Source: Eubacteriales bacterium | Lineage (GTDB): Bacteria > Bacillota > Clostridia > Oscillospirales > JAAYXM01 | Direction: 5' to 3' | Length of the DNA stretch: 64,000 bases | NCBI GenBank assembly: GCA_045586595.1 | Contig: JAZNAQ010000020.1 | Location: 281 to 64,280, forward strand | Shown: positions 63,112 to 64,000 of the stretch, in pieces | Position numbering within the stretch: position 1 is the first letter of the stretch | Layout: the number at the start of each line of letters is the position of its first letter | Program-made: the position numbers and the translations under genes | The notes under the pieces: generated by a model | Database searches by the model: none | What the model was told of the DNA's origin: nothing | What the model saw: only the letters and a program-made list of their open reading frames with translations

Positions 63112-63312
63112 TCGGTTATGCTATAAAGGCTTATCTGCAAGGCATAATCGGTGAAAAGGGAATGGGGTGAGAATCCCCTGCGATAACTGTCGGTGTGTGC
63201 ATCGAAGTTTTTGTATCCGTCAGCGAAAGCTGGTCATTGGGAAACCGAGAAGGCAGGATGAGAAAACGCGGGCTTTTGTCTATATGGTGCGAGTCACAAG
63301 ACCTGCTTTGAT
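63112..63312 (+). promoter_or_regulatory. Cobalamin (B12) riboswitch
   Basis: CGGTGAAAAGGGAATGGGGTGAGAATCCCCTGCGATAACTGTC core, GGGAAACCGAGAAGGC, and a B12-box-like GAGTCACAAGACCTGC. Confidence 0.75.
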
Positions 63313-63431
63313 GTTATCTCGCAAGTGCTTGTTCGCATAGAGGTAATGTTTTTGTTTGCACTTAGCCAATTATGGCAAGGGCTCATTTAGGCATAGGCAA
63401 ACAAATTGTGATTCATCACAGAAAAACTCAG

Positions 63432-63472
63432 CTGTGGTAATTTTTTCAAAAGAAAAATTGCCGCAGTTTTTT
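63432..63472 (+). terminator. Riboswitch expression-platform terminator
   Basis: Stem CTGTGGTAATTTTT/AAAAATTGCCGCAG (with G-U pairs) followed by a T6 run. Confidence 0.55.
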
Positions 63473-63505
63473 ATTTACTGCGGTAAAGAAAAGTGGCTGG
63501 TTAAA

Positions 63506-64000
63506 ATGAGCGAATTTAAAACATATCACCCGATTGTAAATTTTACATATTTTGTATTTGTCATCGGATTTTCTTGCTTCTTTATGCATCCGGTGTGCCT
63601 CGGCATATCTCTCATTTGCGGATTCACATATTCCGTGATGTTAAAGGGCAAGCAGGCAATCAAGACAAGTTTAATATACATGCTGCCGATGCTCGTTATG
63701 ATGGCGCTTATAAACCCCGCCTTTAATCACCAGGGCATTACCGTAATAGCGTACCTGCCAAGCGGAAACCCGCTCACACTGGAATCGATTATTTACGGAT
63801 TGTGTGCGGCCGTAATGATTGTGAGCGTCATGTGCCATTTCTCGTGCTACAACGAGGTTATGACAAGCGATAAGTTTATATATCTGTTCGGCAGAATCAT
63901 ACCCGCGCTATCTCTTATCATCTGCATGACACTTAGGTTTGTGCCGAAGTTTGCCGCGCAACTTAAAGTAGTGACGAATGCTCAAAGGTGTATGGGGCGC
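63506..64000 (+). CDS. ECF-transporter T component (CbiQ/EcfT family), 3' end off window
   Basis: Own translation: MSEFKTYHPIVNFTYFVFVIGFSCFFMHPVCLG...RFVPKFAAQLKVVTNAQRCMG. The ORF has no stop in the window, so it is absent from the track. It lies downstream of the B12 riboswitch. Confidence 0.65.
   Translation, partial: MSEFKTYHPIVNFTYFVFVIGFSCFFMHPVCLGISLICGFTYSVMLKGKQAIKTSLIYMLPMLVMMALINPAFNHQGITVIAYLPSGNPLTLESIIYGLCAAVMIVSVMCHFSCYNEVMTSDKFIYLFGRIIPALSLIICMTLRFVPKFAAQLKVVTNAQRCMGR

Overview
The window is a host chromosome segment from a Firmicute. The Clostridia/Oscillospiraceae-like assignment is only inferred from gene content and Shine-Dalgarno (SD) usage. A ~32.8-kb prophage interrupts the segment.

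Left host block (1-13,139):
- ClC channel (partial) and a cation/H+ antiporter
- PnuC-like transporter and an amidohydrolase
- metF / B12-activation-domain protein / metH operon
- orphan SdpR/SdpI-like pair
- tRNA-Pro(UGG), transketolase and tRNA-Ala(GGC)

Prophage (about 13,140-45,979), abutting the 3' end of tRNA-Ala; a 10-bp ATCTCCACCA repeat sits at both ends:
- Genes from 13,326 to 41,136 are on the minus strand, in three modules.
- Lysis and packaging: lysis cassette, TerL, fibre and portal.
- Virion proteins: a 2046-aa HExxH virion protein, capsid, scaffold and TerS.
- Control and early genes: ArpU-like regulator, HUH Rep, many tiny Cys-rich or membrane ORFs, SSB and a Cro-like repressor.
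- The plus-strand lysogeny module holds a CI-like repressor, a membrane-anchored ImmA-like peptidase, three envelope proteins and a large serine recombinase.
- No tape measure, tube or sheath genes are present, so the phage looks podovirus-like.

Right host block (46,040-64,000):
- APC permease, DUF4430 lipoprotein, ABC exporter and MOP flippase
- histidine-phosphatase/GNAT fusion and a degenerate PyrF-like gene
- NSS and AGCS symporters and a Cu/Zn SOD-like protein
- GatZ/SIS/BadF-kinase/GntR amino-sugar cluster and a 2-hydroxyacid dehydrogenase
- a cobalamin riboswitch ahead of a CbiQ/EcfT gene

Most interesting signals:
1. Two paralogous ~0.5-kb noncoding modules bracket the met operon. They share promoters, a 3-codon mini-ORF and a covarying hairpin.
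2. Two related families of structured intercistronic repeats (9 copies) are confined to the prophage. One copy lies in frame inside the giant gene.
3. The prophage envelope cassette contains three copies of a shared Cys motif. It also contains a membrane protein whose outward-facing C-terminal domain is homologous to the C-terminus of the giant virion protein.

All family assignments come from reading the translations. No database search was run.
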